A DNA stretch of 64,000 bases from Escherichia coli (lineage in GTDB: Bacteria; Pseudomonadota; Gammaproteobacteria; Enterobacterales; Enterobacteriaceae). The notes under the pieces were generated by a model. That model made no database searches, had not been told where the DNA came from, and was given only the letters and a program-made list of their open reading frames with translations. Below, one piece after another: positions 1-12,040 of this stretch (the first letter of the stretch is position 1; the number at the start of each line of letters is the position of its first letter). The translations under genes and the position numbers were made by a program. The DNA lies in assembly GCF_003334315.1 (NCBI RefSeq), contig NZ_QOWR01000017.1; one strand, 5' to 3'.

Positions 1-883
1 GAATATGCAAGGTTTACAGCTGACGGGTTACCCGGCAACCGGTACGCCGCCGACTATTCAGCAAGGGGCGAATCCGACCAATATTTCGATCCCGAATACC
101 CTGATGGCAGCGAAAACTACCACCACGGCATCGATGCAGATCAACCTGAATTCCAGTGATCCGCTTCCTACTGTTACGCCATTCAGCGCCAGCAATGCGG
201 ATAGCTATAACAAAAAAGGTTCGGTGACTGTTTTCGACAGTCAGGGTAATGCTCATGACATGAGCGTCTACTTTGTGAAGACCGGGGATAATAACTGGCA
301 GGTCTACACCCAGGATAGCAGTGATCCAAACAGCATTGCGAAGACAGCGACAACACTGGAATTTAATGCTAATGGCACATTAGTGGATGGTGCGATGGCG
401 AATAATATCGCAACCGGCGCAATTAACGGTGCAGAACCCGCCACGTTTAGTCTGAGCTTCCTCAACTCCATGCAGCAAAATACCGGCGCTAACAATATTG
501 TGGCAACCACCCAGAACGGCTACAAACCGGGCGATCTGGTGAGTTATCAAATCAATGATGACGGTACGGTTGTCGGCAACTATTCCAACGAACAAACCCA
601 ACTGCTGGGGCAGATTGTACTGGCGAACTTTGCCAACAACGAAGGTCTGGCATCCGAAGGCGACAACGTCTGGTCTGCGACGCAATCTTCTGGCGTGGCG
701 CTGTTGGGGACAGCCGGGACGGGAAACTTTGGCACCCTGACCAACGGTGCGCTGGAAGCGTCCAACGTCGATCTCAGTAAAGAACTGGTCAATATGATCG
801 TTGCCCAGCGTAACTATCAGTCTAACGCCCAGACCATCAAAACCCAGGACCAGATCCTCAACACGCTGGTTAACTTACGCTAA
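1..883 (+). CDS. flgE: Flagellar hook protein FlgE, C-terminal part (5' end upstream of window)
   Basis: Frame open from window edge to stop at 881-883; translation ends ...VAQRNYQSNAQTIKTQDQILNTLVNLR, the conserved hook-protein C-terminus; followed by flgF. Confidence 0.93.
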   Translation, partial: NMQGLQLTGYPATGTPPTIQQGANPTNISIPNTLMAAKTTTTASMQINLNSSDPLPTVTPFSASNADSYNKKGSVTVFDSQGNAHDMSVYFVKTGDNNWQVYTQDSSDPNSIAKTATTLEFNANGTLVDGAMANNIATGAINGAEPATFSLSFLNSMQQNTGANNIVATTQNGYKPGDLVSYQINDDGTVVGNYSNEQTQLLGQIVLANFANNEGLASEGDNVWSATQSSGVALLGTAGTGNFGTLTNGALEASNVDLSKELVNMIVAQRNYQSNAQTIKTQDQILNTLVNLR

Positions 884-902
884 TCGCTGACGGGATAGCT
901 CA

Positions 903-1658
903 ATGGATCACGCAATTTATACCGCGATGGGAGCAGCCAGCCAGACACTGAATCAACAGGCGGTAACCGCCAGTAATCTGGCCAATGCCTCAACGCCCGG
1001 TTTTCGCGCGCAGTTGAATGCTTTACGCGCGGTGCCAGTGGAAGGGCTTTCTCTGCCCACGCGCACGTTGGTCACGGCGTCAACGCCGGGCGCAGATATG
1101 ACGCCCGGCAAAATGGATTACACCTCGCGCCCGCTGGACGTCGCGTTGCAGCAGGATGGCTGGCTGGCCGTGCAGACCGCTGACGGCAGCGAAGGGTATA
1201 CGCGTAATGGCAGCATTCAGGTTGATCCCACCGGGCAACTGACAATTCAGGGGCATCCGGTGATAGGCGAGGCTGGGCCAATTGCTGTGCCGGAAGGGGC
1301 GGAAATCACTATTGCTGCCGATGGCACAATCTCGGCGCTCAATCCGGGCGATCCGGCAAATACGGTTGCGCCAGTAGGGCGTCTTAAACTGGTGAAAGCC
1401 ACGGGCAGCGAAGTGCAGCGCGGTGACGACGGCATTTTTCGTTTAAGCGCAGAAACCCAGGCCACGCGTGGGCCGGTACTGCAGGCAGATCCAACCTTGC
1501 GTGTGATGTCGGGGGTTCTGGAAGGCAGTAACGTCAATGCCGTTGCGGCAATGAGCGACATGATTGCCAGCGCGCGGCGTTTTGAAATGCAGATGAAGGT
1601 GATCAGCAGCGTCGATGATAACGCAGGCCGTGCCAACCAACTGCTGTCGATGAGTTAA
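903..1658 (+). CDS. flgF: Flagellar basal-body rod protein FlgF
   Basis: 251-aa ORF, recognised sequence and operon position. Confidence 0.95.
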   Translation: MDHAIYTAMGAASQTLNQQAVTASNLANASTPGFRAQLNALRAVPVEGLSLPTRTLVTASTPGADMTPGKMDYTSRPLDVALQQDGWLAVQTADGSEGYTRNGSIQVDPTGQLTIQGHPVIGEAGPIAVPEGAEITIAADGTISALNPGDPANTVAPVGRLKLVKATGSEVQRGDDGIFRLSAETQATRGPVLQADPTLRVMSGVLEGSNVNAVAAMSDMIASARRFEMQMKVISSVDDNAGRANQLLSMS

Positions 1659-1750
1659 TTGAAAGGATACATGACAAGTATAAGTTGCCCGATGCGCAAG
1701 TTTATCGGGTCTATGGGGGCAATCGCAATTTATCGATTTTGCGAGCACTT

Positions 1751-1787
<37 letters not shown>

Positions 1788-1811
1788 AAGACATATGCAC
1801 TTTGTCACTAA

Positions 1812-2612
<801 letters not shown>

Positions 2613-2664
2613 GGCTTAACCGGTGGCAGGTTCACCGGTTTACTGATTTTTGAAGATGATAGCC

Positions 2665-3363
2665 ATGCAAAAAAACGCTGCGCATACTTATGCCATTTCC
2701 AGCTTGTTGGTGCTTTCACTAACCGGCTGCGCCTGGATACCCTCCACGCCGCTGGTGCAGGGGGCGACCAGTGCACAACCGGTTCCCGGTCCGACGCCCG
2801 TCGCCAACGGTTCTATTTTCCAGTCTGCTCAGCCGATTAACTATGGCTATCAACCGCTGTTTGAAGATCGTCGACCACGCAATATTGGCGATACGCTGAC
2901 CATCGTGTTGCAGGAGAACGTCAGCGCCAGCAAAAGCTCCTCTGCGAATGCCAGCCGTGACGGTAAAACTAATTTTGGCTTTGATACTGTGCCGCGCTAT
3001 TTGCAGGGGCTGTTTGGTAACGCTCGTGCCGATGTCGAAGCCTCCGGTGGTAACACGTTCAACGGAAAGGGCGGGGCCAATGCCAGCAATACCTTTAGCG
3101 GCACGTTGACGGTGACGGTTGACCAGGTACTGGTCAACGGCAACCTGCATGTGGTGGGTGAAAAACAGATTGCCATTAATCAGGGTACCGAATTTATTCG
3201 CTTCTCTGGCGTGGTTAATCCACGCACTATCAGCGGCAGCAATACCGTACCGTCTACTCAGGTGGCGGATGCGCGCATTGAATACGTAGGCAATGGCTAC
3301 ATTAACGAAGCGCAAAATATGGGCTGGTTGCAGCGTTTCTTCCTTAACCTGTCGCCAATGTAA
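2665..3363 (+). CDS. flgH: Flagellar L-ring lipoprotein FlgH
   Basis: ORF 2650..3363; start taken at internal ATG ([22 protein letters not shown]...), signal peptide with lipobox LTGC; 232 aa. Confidence 0.92.
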
Positions 3364-3374
3364 GTGAGGCTGTG

Positions 3375-4472
3375 GTGATTAAATTTCTCTCTGCATTAAT
3401 TCTTCTACTGGTCACGACGGCGGCTCAGGCTGAGCGTATTCGCGATCTCACCAGTGTTCAGGGGGTAAGGCAAAACTCACTGATTGGCTATGGTCTGGTG
3501 GTGGGGCTGGATGGCACCGGTGACCAGACAACCCAGACGCCGTTTACCACACAAACGCTTAATAACATGCTCTCACAGCTGGGAATTACCGTTCCGACGG
3601 GCACCAATATGCAGCTAAAAAACGTCGCTGCGGTAATGGTGACAGCGTCACTTCCTCCGTTTGGACGTCAGGGGCAAACCATCGATGTGGTGGTTTCTTC
3701 CATGGGAAATGCCAAAAGCTTGCGTGGAGGTACGTTGTTGATGACACCGCTTAAGGGCGTTGACAGTCAGGTGTATGCGCTGGCGCAGGGCAATATTCTG
3801 GTTGGCGGCGCAGGAGCCTCCGCTGGCGGTAGCAGTGTTCAGGTTAACCAACTGAACGGTGGACGGATCACCAATGGTGCGGTTATTGAACGTGAATTGC
3901 CCAGCCAGTTTGGCGTCGGGAATACCCTTAATTTGCAACTTAACGACGAAGATTTCAGCATGGCGCAGCAAATCGCTGACACCATCAACCGCGTGCGTGG
4001 ATATGGCAGCGCCACCGCGTTAGATGCGCGGACTATTCAGGTGCGCGTACCGAGTGGCAACAGTTCCCAGGTCCGCTTCCTTGCCGATATTCAGAATATG
4101 CAGGTTAATGTCACCCCGCAGGACGCTAAAGTAGTGATTAACTCGCGCACCGGTTCGGTGGTGATGAATCGCGAAGTGACCCTCGACAGCTGCGCGGTAG
4201 CGCAGGGGAATCTCTCAGTAACAGTTAATCGTCAGGCCAATGTCAGCCAGCCAGATACACCGTTTGGTGGTGGACAGACTGTGGTTACTCCACAAACGCA
4301 GATCGATTTACGCCAGAGCGGCGGTTCGCTGCAAAGCGTACGTTCCAGCGCCAGCCTCAATAACGTGGTGCGCGCGCTCAATGCGCTGGGCGCTACGCCG
4401 ATGGATCTGATGTCCATACTGCAATCAATGCAAAGTGCGGGATGTCTGCGGGCAAAACTGGAAATCATCTGA
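3375..4472 (+). CDS. flgI: Flagellar P-ring protein FlgI
   Basis: ORF to stop at 4472; N-terminal signal peptide (M)[18 protein letters not shown]; GTG start at 3375 (alternative GTG 3372). Confidence 0.93.
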
Positions 4473-5413
4473 TGATCAGCGACAGCAAACTACTGGCAAG
4501 TGCGGCCTGGGATGCGCAATCACTCAACGAACTAAAGGCGAAAGCGGGCGAAGATCCGGCGGCAAATATCCGTCCGGTGGCCCGTCAGGTGGAAGGGATG
4601 TTCGTGCAGATGATGTTGAAAAGCATGCGCGACGCTTTACCAAAAGATGGCCTATTCAGCAGCGAGCACACTCGCCTGTATACCAGTATGTATGACCAGC
4701 AGATTGCCCAACAGATGACGGCGGGCAAAGGTCTGGGGCTTGCAGAGATGATGGTTAAACAGATGACGCCAGAACAACCATTGCCAGAGGAGTCCACGCC
4801 AGCAGCACCGATGAAATTCCCGCTCGAAACTGTGGTGCGTTATCAAAATCAGGCGCTTTCGCAGCTGGTGCAAAAGGCCGTGCCACGTAACTACGATGAT
4901 TCGCTGCCGGGTGACAGTAAAGCATTCCTCGCGCAACTCTCGCTGCCCGCCCAACTGGCAAGCCAGCAAAGCGGTGTGCCACATCATTTGATCCTCGCTC
5001 AGGCGGCACTGGAATCTGGTTGGGGGCAACGGCAAATCCGCCGCGAAAACGGCGAGCCGAGCTATAACCTGTTTGGTGTCAAAGCCTCTGGCAACTGGAA
5101 AGGGCCAGTTACTGAAATCACCACGACTGAATATGAAAACGGCGAAGCGAAGAAAGTAAAAGCGAAGTTTCGCGTCTACAGCTCGTATCTGGAAGCCTTG
5201 TCGGATTACGTTGGGCTGTTAACGCGTAACCCGCGCTACGCCGCCGTGACGACCGCCGCGAGTGCGGAACAGGGGGCGCAGGCCCTACAGGACGCGGGCT
5301 ATGCCACCGATCCTCACTATGCCCGCAAACTCACCAACATGATTCAGCAGATGAAATCGATAAGCGACAAGGTGAGCAAAACCTACAGTATGAACATTGA
5401 TAATCTGTTCTGA
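4472..5413 (+). CDS. flgJ: Flagellar rod-assembly protein / peptidoglycan hydrolase FlgJ
   Basis: Start [10 protein letters not shown] overlapping flgI stop (ATGA); C-terminal glucosaminidase-like domain; 313 aa. Confidence 0.93.
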   Translation: MISDSKLLASAAWDAQSLNELKAKAGEDPAANIRPVARQVEGMFVQMMLKSMRDALPKDGLFSSEHTRLYTSMYDQQIAQQMTAGKGLGLAEMMVKQMTPEQPLPEESTPAAPMKFPLETVVRYQNQALSQLVQKAVPRNYDDSLPGDSKAFLAQLSLPAQLASQQSGVPHHLILAQAALESGWGQRQIRRENGEPSYNLFGVKASGNWKGPVTEITTTEYENGEAKKVKAKFRVYSSYLEALSDYVGLLTRNPRYAAVTTAASAEQGAQALQDAGYATDPHYARKLTNMIQQMKSISDKVSKTYSMNIDNLF

Positions 5414-5478
5414 ATAACTCAAGTCCGGCGGGTCGCTGCCGATAATACTCTGTAATTGAAGGCTTATAAGGAACCTCC

Positions 5479-7122
5479 ATGTCCAGCTTGATTAATAACG
5501 CCATGAGCGGACTGAACGCGGCCCAGGCGGCGTTAAATACGGCAAGTAATAATATCTCCAGCTATAACGTTGCCGGATATACCCGCCAAACCACTATTAT
5601 GGCGCAGGCCAATAGCACGTTGGGCGCTGGCGGCTGGGTTGGCAATGGTGTCTACGTTTCTGGTGTGCAGCGTGAGTATGATGCGTTTATTACCAACCAG
5701 TTACGTGCGGCGCAGACGCAAAGTAGCGGTCTGACTGCCCGCTATGAGCAGATGTCGAAAATCGACAATATGCTCTCCACCAGTACCTCTTCGCTGGCAA
5801 CACAGATGCAGGATTTCTTCACCAGCCTGCAAACGCTGGTGAGTAACGCGGAAGACCCGGCAGCGCGCCAGGCGCTGATTGGGAAATCAGAAGGATTGGT
5901 GAATCAGTTTAAAACCACCGATCAATATCTGCGCGACCAGGACAAACAGGTCAATATCGCGATAGGTGCCAGCGTTGATCAGATCAACAACTACGCTAAA
6001 CAAATTGCCAGCCTGAACGATCAAATCTCGCGCCTGACAGGCGTGGGGGCAGGGGCGTCACCTAACAATCTGCTGGATCAACGCGATCAACTGGTGAGCG
6101 AATTAAACCAGATTGTTGGTGTAGAAGTCAGCGTTCAGGATGGCGGCACTTATAACATCACGATGGCCAATGGTTACTCACTGGTTCAGGGAAGTACGGC
6201 GCGGCAACTGGCGGCAGTTCCTTCCAGCGCTGACCCTTCTCGTACGACTGTCGCTTATGTTGATGGGACGGCAGGCAATATTGAGATCCCGGAGAAATTA
6301 CTGAATACCGGGTCGCTGGGCGGCATTCTGACATTCCGTTCTCAGGATCTGGACCAGACGCGTAATACGCTTGGACAACTGGCGCTGGCATTTGCCGAGG
6401 CTTTCAACACCCAACACAAAGCCGGATTTGATGCTAACGGCGATGCCGGTGAAGATTTCTTTGCTATCGGTAAGCCCGCGGTTCTGCAAAACACGAAAAA
6501 CAAAGGTGACGTTGCGATCGGTGCCACGGTAACTGATGCCTCCGCGGTACTGGCGACAGATTACAAAATCTCGTTCGATAATAATCAGTGGCAGGTCACC
6601 CGCCTTGCCAGCAATACCACTTTTACGGTGACGCCGGATGCCAACGGTAAAGTGGCATTTGATGGTCTGGAGTTGACGTTTACAGGAACGCCTGCCGTTA
6701 ACGACAGCTTCACGCTGAAACCAGTAAGTGACGCCATCGTCAACATGGATGTATTAATCACCGACGAAGCGAAAATAGCGATGGCGAGCGAAGAAGATGC
6801 GGGTGATAGCGATAACCGCAACGGTCAGGCCCTGCTGGATCTGCAAAGCAACAGTAAAACGGTGGGCGGTGCGAAATCCTTTAACGACGCTTATGCCTCG
6901 TTAGTGAGTGATATCGGTAATAAAACCGCGACGTTGAAAACCAGTAGCGCCACGCAAGGTAATGTGGTGACGCAGCTTTCCAATCAGCAGCAGTCGATTT
7001 CCGGTGTCAATCTCGATGAGGAGTACGGAAATCTGCAACGTTTTCAGCAGTATTACCTGGCGAATGCGCAGGTTCTGCAGACGGCAAACGCGATTTTTGA
7101 TGCGCTGATTAACATTCGCTAA
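5479..7122 (+). CDS. flgK: Flagellar hook-associated protein 1 FlgK
   Basis: 547-aa ORF, recognised sequence. Confidence 0.95.
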   Translation: MSSLINNAMSGLNAAQAALNTASNNISSYNVAGYTRQTTIMAQANSTLGAGGWVGNGVYVSGVQREYDAFITNQLRAAQTQSSGLTARYEQMSKIDNMLSTSTSSLATQMQDFFTSLQTLVSNAEDPAARQALIGKSEGLVNQFKTTDQYLRDQDKQVNIAIGASVDQINNYAKQIASLNDQISRLTGVGAGASPNNLLDQRDQLVSELNQIVGVEVSVQDGGTYNITMANGYSLVQGSTARQLAAVPSSADPSRTTVAYVDGTAGNIEIPEKLLNTGSLGGILTFRSQDLDQTRNTLGQLALAFAEAFNTQHKAGFDANGDAGEDFFAIGKPAVLQNTKNKGDVAIGATVTDASAVLATDYKISFDNNQWQVTRLASNTTFTVTPDANGKVAFDGLELTFTGTPAVNDSFTLKPVSDAIVNMDVLITDEAKIAMASEEDAGDSDNRNGQALLDLQSNSKTVGGAKSFNDAYASLVSDIGNKTATLKTSSATQGNVVTQLSNQQQSISGVNLDEEYGNLQRFQQYYLANAQVLQTANAIFDALINIR

Positions 7123-7133
7123 GGGGAGATAAG

Positions 7134-8087
7134 ATGCGTTTCAGTACACAGATGATGTACCAGCAAAACATGCGTGGTATCACCAATTCTCAGGCAGAAT
7201 GGATGAAGTACGGCGAACAGATGTCGACGGGTAAGCGAGTCGTTAACCCTTCTGACGATCCCATTGCTGCATCACAAGCCGTAGTTCTCTCCCAGGCACA
7301 GGCGCAAAACAGCCAGTACACGCTGGCGCGTACTTTCGCCACTCAAAAAGTGTCACTGGAAGAGAGTGTACTTAGCCAGGTCACCACTGCTATCCAGAAT
7401 GCTCAGGAAAAAATTGTCTACGCCAGCAATGGCACCTTGAGTGACGATGACCGGGCCTCGCTGGCTACGGATATTCAGGGGCTTCGTGACCAGTTGCTGA
7501 ATCTGGCAAACACCACTGACGGTAACGGGCGCTACATTTTTGCCGGTTATAAAACAGAGACTGCGCCGTTTAGCGAAGAGAAAGGGAAATACGTCGGTGG
7601 AGCAGAAAGTATTAAGCAACAGGTCGATGCTTCGCGTTCGATGGTGATAGGACATACGGGTGACAAAATTTTCGACAGTATTACCAGCAACGCAGTAGCG
7701 GAGCCAGACGGTAGCGCTTCTGAAACCAATCTTTTTGCCATGCTGGATAGCGCCATCGCAGCCCTGAAAACGCCGGTCGCGGATAGCGAAGCGGATAAAG
7801 AAACCGCCGCTGCGGCGTTAGATAAAACCAACCGCGGACTGAAAAACTCGCTGAACAATGTCCTGACCGTTCGCGCGGAATTAGGCACGCAGCTGAACGA
7901 ACTGGAGTCGCTGGATTCATTAGGTAGCGATCGCGCTTTAGGGCAAACGCAGCAGATGAGCGATCTGGTTGATGTGGACTGGAATGCAACTATTTCATCT
8001 TACATCATGCAGCAAACGGCATTGCAGGCATCGTATAAAGCATTTACCGATATGCAGGGATTGTCGCTCTTCCAGCTCAACAAATAA
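7134..8087 (+). CDS. flgL: Flagellar hook-associated protein 3 FlgL
   Basis: 317-aa ORF, recognised sequence. Confidence 0.95.
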   Translation: MRFSTQMMYQQNMRGITNSQAEWMKYGEQMSTGKRVVNPSDDPIAASQAVVLSQAQAQNSQYTLARTFATQKVSLEESVLSQVTTAIQNAQEKIVYASNGTLSDDDRASLATDIQGLRDQLLNLANTTDGNGRYIFAGYKTETAPFSEEKGKYVGGAESIKQQVDASRSMVIGHTGDKIFDSITSNAVAEPDGSASETNLFAMLDSAIAALKTPVADSEADKETAAAALDKTNRGLKNSLNNVLTVRAELGTQLNELESLDSLGSDRALGQTQQMSDLVDVDWNATISSYIMQQTALQASYKAFTDMQGLSLFQLNK

Positions 8088-8232
8088 GCTCGCTTTAAAA
8101 CATATCATGAAACTGGGTATGTTTTGTCTGCCTGCTCTGGGATCGCCGGGGCGGGCATTTTTTTGCCTATTTTGCATTGTTGGTTAGCAAGGATGCCATT
8201 CGATGAATTTTAATATGTTGATTCAAAGATGA

Positions 8233-8261
8233 AATAAAAAAGCCCTGGCAGTTACCAGGGC
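8233..8261 (-). terminator. Rho-independent terminator downstream of rne
   Basis: Inverted repeat gccctggcagttaccagggc (8242-8261); on the minus strand it is followed by a U-tract (ttttttatttc). Confidence 0.7.
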
Positions 8262-8282
8262 TTGATTACTTTGAGCTAATTA

Positions 8283-11200
8283 TTACTCAACAGGTTGCGG
8301 ACGCGCAGGAGCGGCAGAGGCATGATGTGTTGCCGTATGACCACCTGCGGCACCTTTACCTTCGAAGGCAAAAGTAGGGCGCTGCCAGTCACTGTGACGC
8401 GGTGCCTCCGGAACATATTCCGGTGCTGGAGCGCGCGTCATTGGCGCGGTAGCGTGGTTATGCTCAACGGTGACCTCAGGTTCGACCGCAGCTACCGTTT
8501 CAACTTCTGCTGCGACTTCAGCGACTACTGGCGCGGCAGGTTGAGCAACAACTTCAGGTTCAGCAACTACAACCTCAGCAGTTTCGACAACTTCTTCAAT
8601 ATCTGCCGTCTCTTCCTGCGGTTCAACCACCGGTTCTGCTTGTTCTGCAACTTCCTGGGCTACGGCAACATCAGACTCGGTAATCACCTGCGGCTGTTCA
8701 GTTACCGCGGCAGCGATCACTTCAGGATGCGTCGTTTCAACCACTTCCGGTTGCGGTTCGGCAACCTGAACGGGGGCTTCTACGACACCGGCCACTTCTT
8801 CAACAACTGGCGCGCTAACAACCGGTTCGATAGCGGCGGCGACAGGGACCTCAGTCACCATCGGCTGCACATGTACTTCTTCCTGTTCGCGCTGCTCTTC
8901 AACCTGTACATCTTGCGGACGTACAATTGGATAGCGGATCCAGACTTTGCCAGAGGCCAGTTCCGGAGACGCGCACGCTACGGTCAACGGCATTGGCGAC
9001 TGGGTTGGATAACGCTCGTCACGATAGCGACGACGACGCTGACCACTTACGCGCAGGTGACGAGGCGAGCGGCGAGAACGACGCGGCATGCCACCGTTGT
9101 CACGGTTATCAGCATTGTTCTCTTCTTGCTGTTCTGGTGCAGTTTGCGCTACGACTGGCAGCGGGACTTTCACCAGTTCTGTGCGTGGAGCTGGCGCTTC
9201 CTGAACAATTGGTTCGGCAGCGATAGTTTCTTCAACCACCGGTGCGACTACCGCTTCTTCGGCTACGCTTTGCTCGTAACGCACTTTCTGATTGAGCTGA
9301 CGCTGTTTACGACGCGGCTGAACCGGACGTACACGTTCTTCCTGTTCGGTTTCCTGAACAGATTGCTCTTCAACATTCAGCGCCTTCGCTTCTTGTTGCG
9401 CCTGACGTTTATCATCATTACGGCGGCGGCTACGTTCACGACGCGGCGCTTGCTGCTCGTCGGCGGTACGCGCTTTTTCCGTTACCTCAGCCTGCTGACG
9501 GCTCTCACGCGTCTCGGCAGTCTGCTGCTGTGCCTGGCGACGATTACGACGGTTTTCTTCGCGATTATCGCTGCCTTCAGTACGTTCACTACGGGTGTCG
9601 CGGCGCTCATTACGGTCACGGCGGTTGTTCTGACGAGGCTTGCGACGATCCTGTTGACGTTCCGGTTTCGCTTCTGCTTTCGGTGCTGGTTGCTCGGTCG
9701 GTTTGGTTTCTTCACCACCGCTGAACAGCGCTTTCAGTGCGCCGAAGAAGCGGCTCAACAGCCCAGGTTGTGCAGGAGCTGCTGGTGTTGCCGGTGCAGC
9801 TTTCGGTGCTGGAGCTACAACAGGCGCGGCAGGTTCAGCTGGCGTTGGCGCAGGCGGCACATCCGGCATGGCAAAGGTTGCCAGCGCAGGTTGTTCCGGA
9901 CGCTTACGTTCAGCGAACTCTTCTTCAGACGGCAGCGCCATCGCTTCTTCATGCAGCTTCGGCAGCATGTAGCTTAAGGTTGGGGTTTCTTCCCCTTTAC
10001 GCACGCGCAGCACGTGGTAGTGCGGGGTTTCCATCTGATCGTTTGGCACAATTACACAGCGCACACCGTCCTGACGAGTTTCAATGGCATTTACCGCAGA
10101 ACGTTTTTCATTCAGCAGGTAAGAAGCGATTGGCACAGGAACAATGGCGTGAACTTCCTGGGTGTTCTCTTTCAGCGCTTCTTCTTCGATCAGACGCAGA
10201 ATAGAGAGCGACAGCGATTCGTTGTCACGCACGGTGCCAGTACCAGAACAACGCGGACAAACGTGATGACTGGATTCACCCAGTGATGGGCTCAGGCGCT
10301 GACGGGACATTTCCAGCAGGCCAAAGCGAGAAATATGGCTGATTTGAATACGCGCACGGTCCTGACGCACCGCTTCACGCAGACGGTTTTCTACCGCACG
10401 CTGGTGGCGTACTGGCGTCATGTCGATGAAGTCGATAACAATCAGGCCGCCGAGGTCACGCAGGCGCAGCTGACGAGCAATCTCATCGGCAGCTTCGAGG
10501 TTAGTGTTAAACGCGGTTTCTTCGATATCGCCGCCGCGGGTCGCGCGTGCGGAGTTGATGTCGATGGCCGTTAACGCTTCGGTGCTGTCGATAACAATGG
10601 AACCACCAGACGGCAGACGAACTTCACGCTGGAAGGCGGACTCGATCTGTGACTCGATCTGGTAGTGGCTGAACAGCGGGATCTCGCCGGTGTACAGTTT
10701 GATTTTGCTGCTGAAATCCGGGCGACCTAATGCAGCGATATGCTGACGTGCCAGTTCGAGCACTTTCGGGTTATCGATAAGGATTTCGCCGATGTCCTGA
10801 CGTAAGTAATCGCGGAATGCGCGAACGATTACGTTGCTCTCCTGATGAATCAGGAACGGGGCCGGGCGGCTTTCAGCGGCTTTTTTGATGGCTTCCCAGT
10901 GTTTCAGACGGAAGCTTAAATCCCATTGCAGCGCCTCAGCAGATTTGCCGACGCCAGCGGTGCGCACGATAAGCCCCATGCCTTCCGGCAGTTCAAGGCT
11001 TGCCAGTGCTTCTTTTAATTCGGTACGGTCGTCGCCTTCGATACGGCGAGAAATGCCACCCGCGCGCGGGTTGTTCGGCATCAGAACCAGATAGCTACCC
11101 GCCAGACTGATAAAGGTGGTTAATGCCGCGCCTTTGTTGCCGCGCTCTTCTTTATCGATCTGAACAATGACTTCCTGACCTTCACGCAACACATCTTTAA

Positions 11201-11468
11201 TGTTGGGACGACCATGAGCACTGTAGTTAGCAGGGAAATATTCGCGGGCAATTTCTTTTAGTGGGAGGAAACCGTGACGTTCAGCGCCGTAATCAACAAA
11301 AGCAGCTTCCAGACTCGGTTCAATGCGGGTGATTTTACCTTTGTAGATGTTTGCCTTTTTCTGCTCGTGCCCTGGACTTTCGATATCCAGGTCATACAGA
11401 CGCTGCCCATCTACAAGGGCAACGCGCAACTCTTCCTGCTGAGTTGCGTTGATTAACATTCTTTTCAT
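8283..11468 (-). CDS. rne: Ribonuclease E (N-terminal catalytic half plus Arg/Pro/acidic-rich degradosome scaffold)
   Basis: 1061-aa ORF; N-terminus [31 protein letters not shown]...; low-complexity C-terminal half. Confidence 0.97.
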   Translation of the reverse strand: MKRMLINATQQEELRVALVDGQRLYDLDIESPGHEQKKANIYKGKITRIEPSLEAAFVDYGAERHGFLPLKEIAREYFPANYSAHGRPNIKDVLREGQEVIVQIDKEERGNKGAALTTFISLAGSYLVLMPNNPRAGGISRRIEGDDRTELKEALASLELPEGMGLIVRTAGVGKSAEALQWDLSFRLKHWEAIKKAAESRPAPFLIHQESNVIVRAFRDYLRQDIGEILIDNPKVLELARQHIAALGRPDFSSKIKLYTGEIPLFSHYQIESQIESAFQREVRLPSGGSIVIDSTEALTAIDINSARATRGGDIEETAFNTNLEAADEIARQLRLRDLGGLIVIDFIDMTPVRHQRAVENRLREAVRQDRARIQISHISRFGLLEMSRQRLSPSLGESSHHVCPRCSGTGTVRDNESLSLSILRLIEEEALKENTQEVHAIVPVPIASYLLNEKRSAVNAIETRQDGVRCVIVPNDQMETPHYHVLRVRKGEETPTLSYMLPKLHEEAMALPSEEEFAERKRPEQPALATFAMPDVPPAPTPAEPAAPVVAPAPKAAPATPAAPAQPGLLSRFFGALKALFSGGEETKPTEQPAPKAEAKPERQQDRRKPRQNNRRDRNERRDTRSERTEGSDNREENRRNRRQAQQQTAETRESRQQAEVTEKARTADEQQAPRRERSRRRNDDKRQAQQEAKALNVEEQSVQETEQEERVRPVQPRRKQRQLNQKVRYEQSVAEEAVVAPVVEETIAAEPIVQEAPAPRTELVKVPLPVVAQTAPEQQEENNADNRDNGGMPRRSRRSPRHLRVSGQRRRRYRDERYPTQSPMPLTVACASPELASGKVWIRYPIVRPQDVQVEEQREQEEVHVQPMVTEVPVAAAIEPVVSAPVVEEVAGVVEAPVQVAEPQPEVVETTHPEVIAAAVTEQPQVITESDVAVAQEVAEQAEPVVEPQEETADIEEVVETAEVVVAEPEVVAQPAAPVVAEVAAEVETVAAVEPEVTVEHNHATAPMTRAPAPEYVPEAPRHSDWQRPTFAFEGKGAAGGHTATHHASAAPARPQPVE

Positions 11469-11830
11469 CGTAACTTACTCATTATTCTTACATTGACGAC
11501 TAAGCTGCGGGCAAAGTAACGCCTTTCCGGGTGTGAACCGATGGCCTCGTGTCTAGTCGCGTCGCCAACCTCACGGTTATCGTCAGCTCAAAGAGGCGCA
11601 GAGTGTCGGTTGCCCGTTTTTCATGCGGAAAAACAGCGCAATTATCAAAGAAACAGACTGGGTATTACTCTCCAGAAATATTTCCATCTACCGGTAAGGA
11701 CTGCAACCCGCAGCCCGCTAACTGCCTGAAAGATCAATACGTCTTACGCCATTGCTGCGTGGATGATCGGTCGGGCAAAATGGGTTATTCCGTAAAATTT
11801 CTTGTTTTAACAAGGATGGACACGGAAACG
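11469..11830 (-). promoter_or_regulatory. rne 5' untranslated leader (autoregulatory, structured); extent approximate
   Basis: 572-bp non-coding gap upstream of rne; established knowledge that rne has a ~360-nt leader mediating feedback by RNase E; boundaries not determined from sequence. Confidence 0.55.
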
Positions 11831-12040
11831 GCCTCATTATTCCACTGCAAGCCTTGTTATAGCAAGATGACTTTTACCATTTATCACCCGCTTACTCACA
11901 GTTTTTTCACTTCTTGCTGGTGATTGGTTTAATAACCATCAATAAAGTGATCACGCAGTGAAGTAATAAGGTGCAAAAGTAAATATAAGCATAGAAAAAT
12001 GAGTGGCGCGAATCCTGTTGGCTAATTAGAATCGCCAACC

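Noticed and set aside
2613-2664. Hairpin (aaccggtg...caccggtt) between flgG and flgH as a possible terminator
   Set aside because: Weak U-tract and located inside the flgB-J operon; at most an attenuating structure, so not reported as a terminator.
7969-8187. 72-aa ORF overlapping the flgL 3' end and the flgL-rne gap
   Set aside because: Overlaps flgL in another frame and runs into the terminator region; no ribosome-binding site.
8295-9977. 560-aa ORF on the plus strand inside rne
   Set aside because: Antisense to the low-complexity, repeat-rich C-terminal half of RNase E; stop-free by compositional accident, with no start context. rne on the minus strand explains the region.
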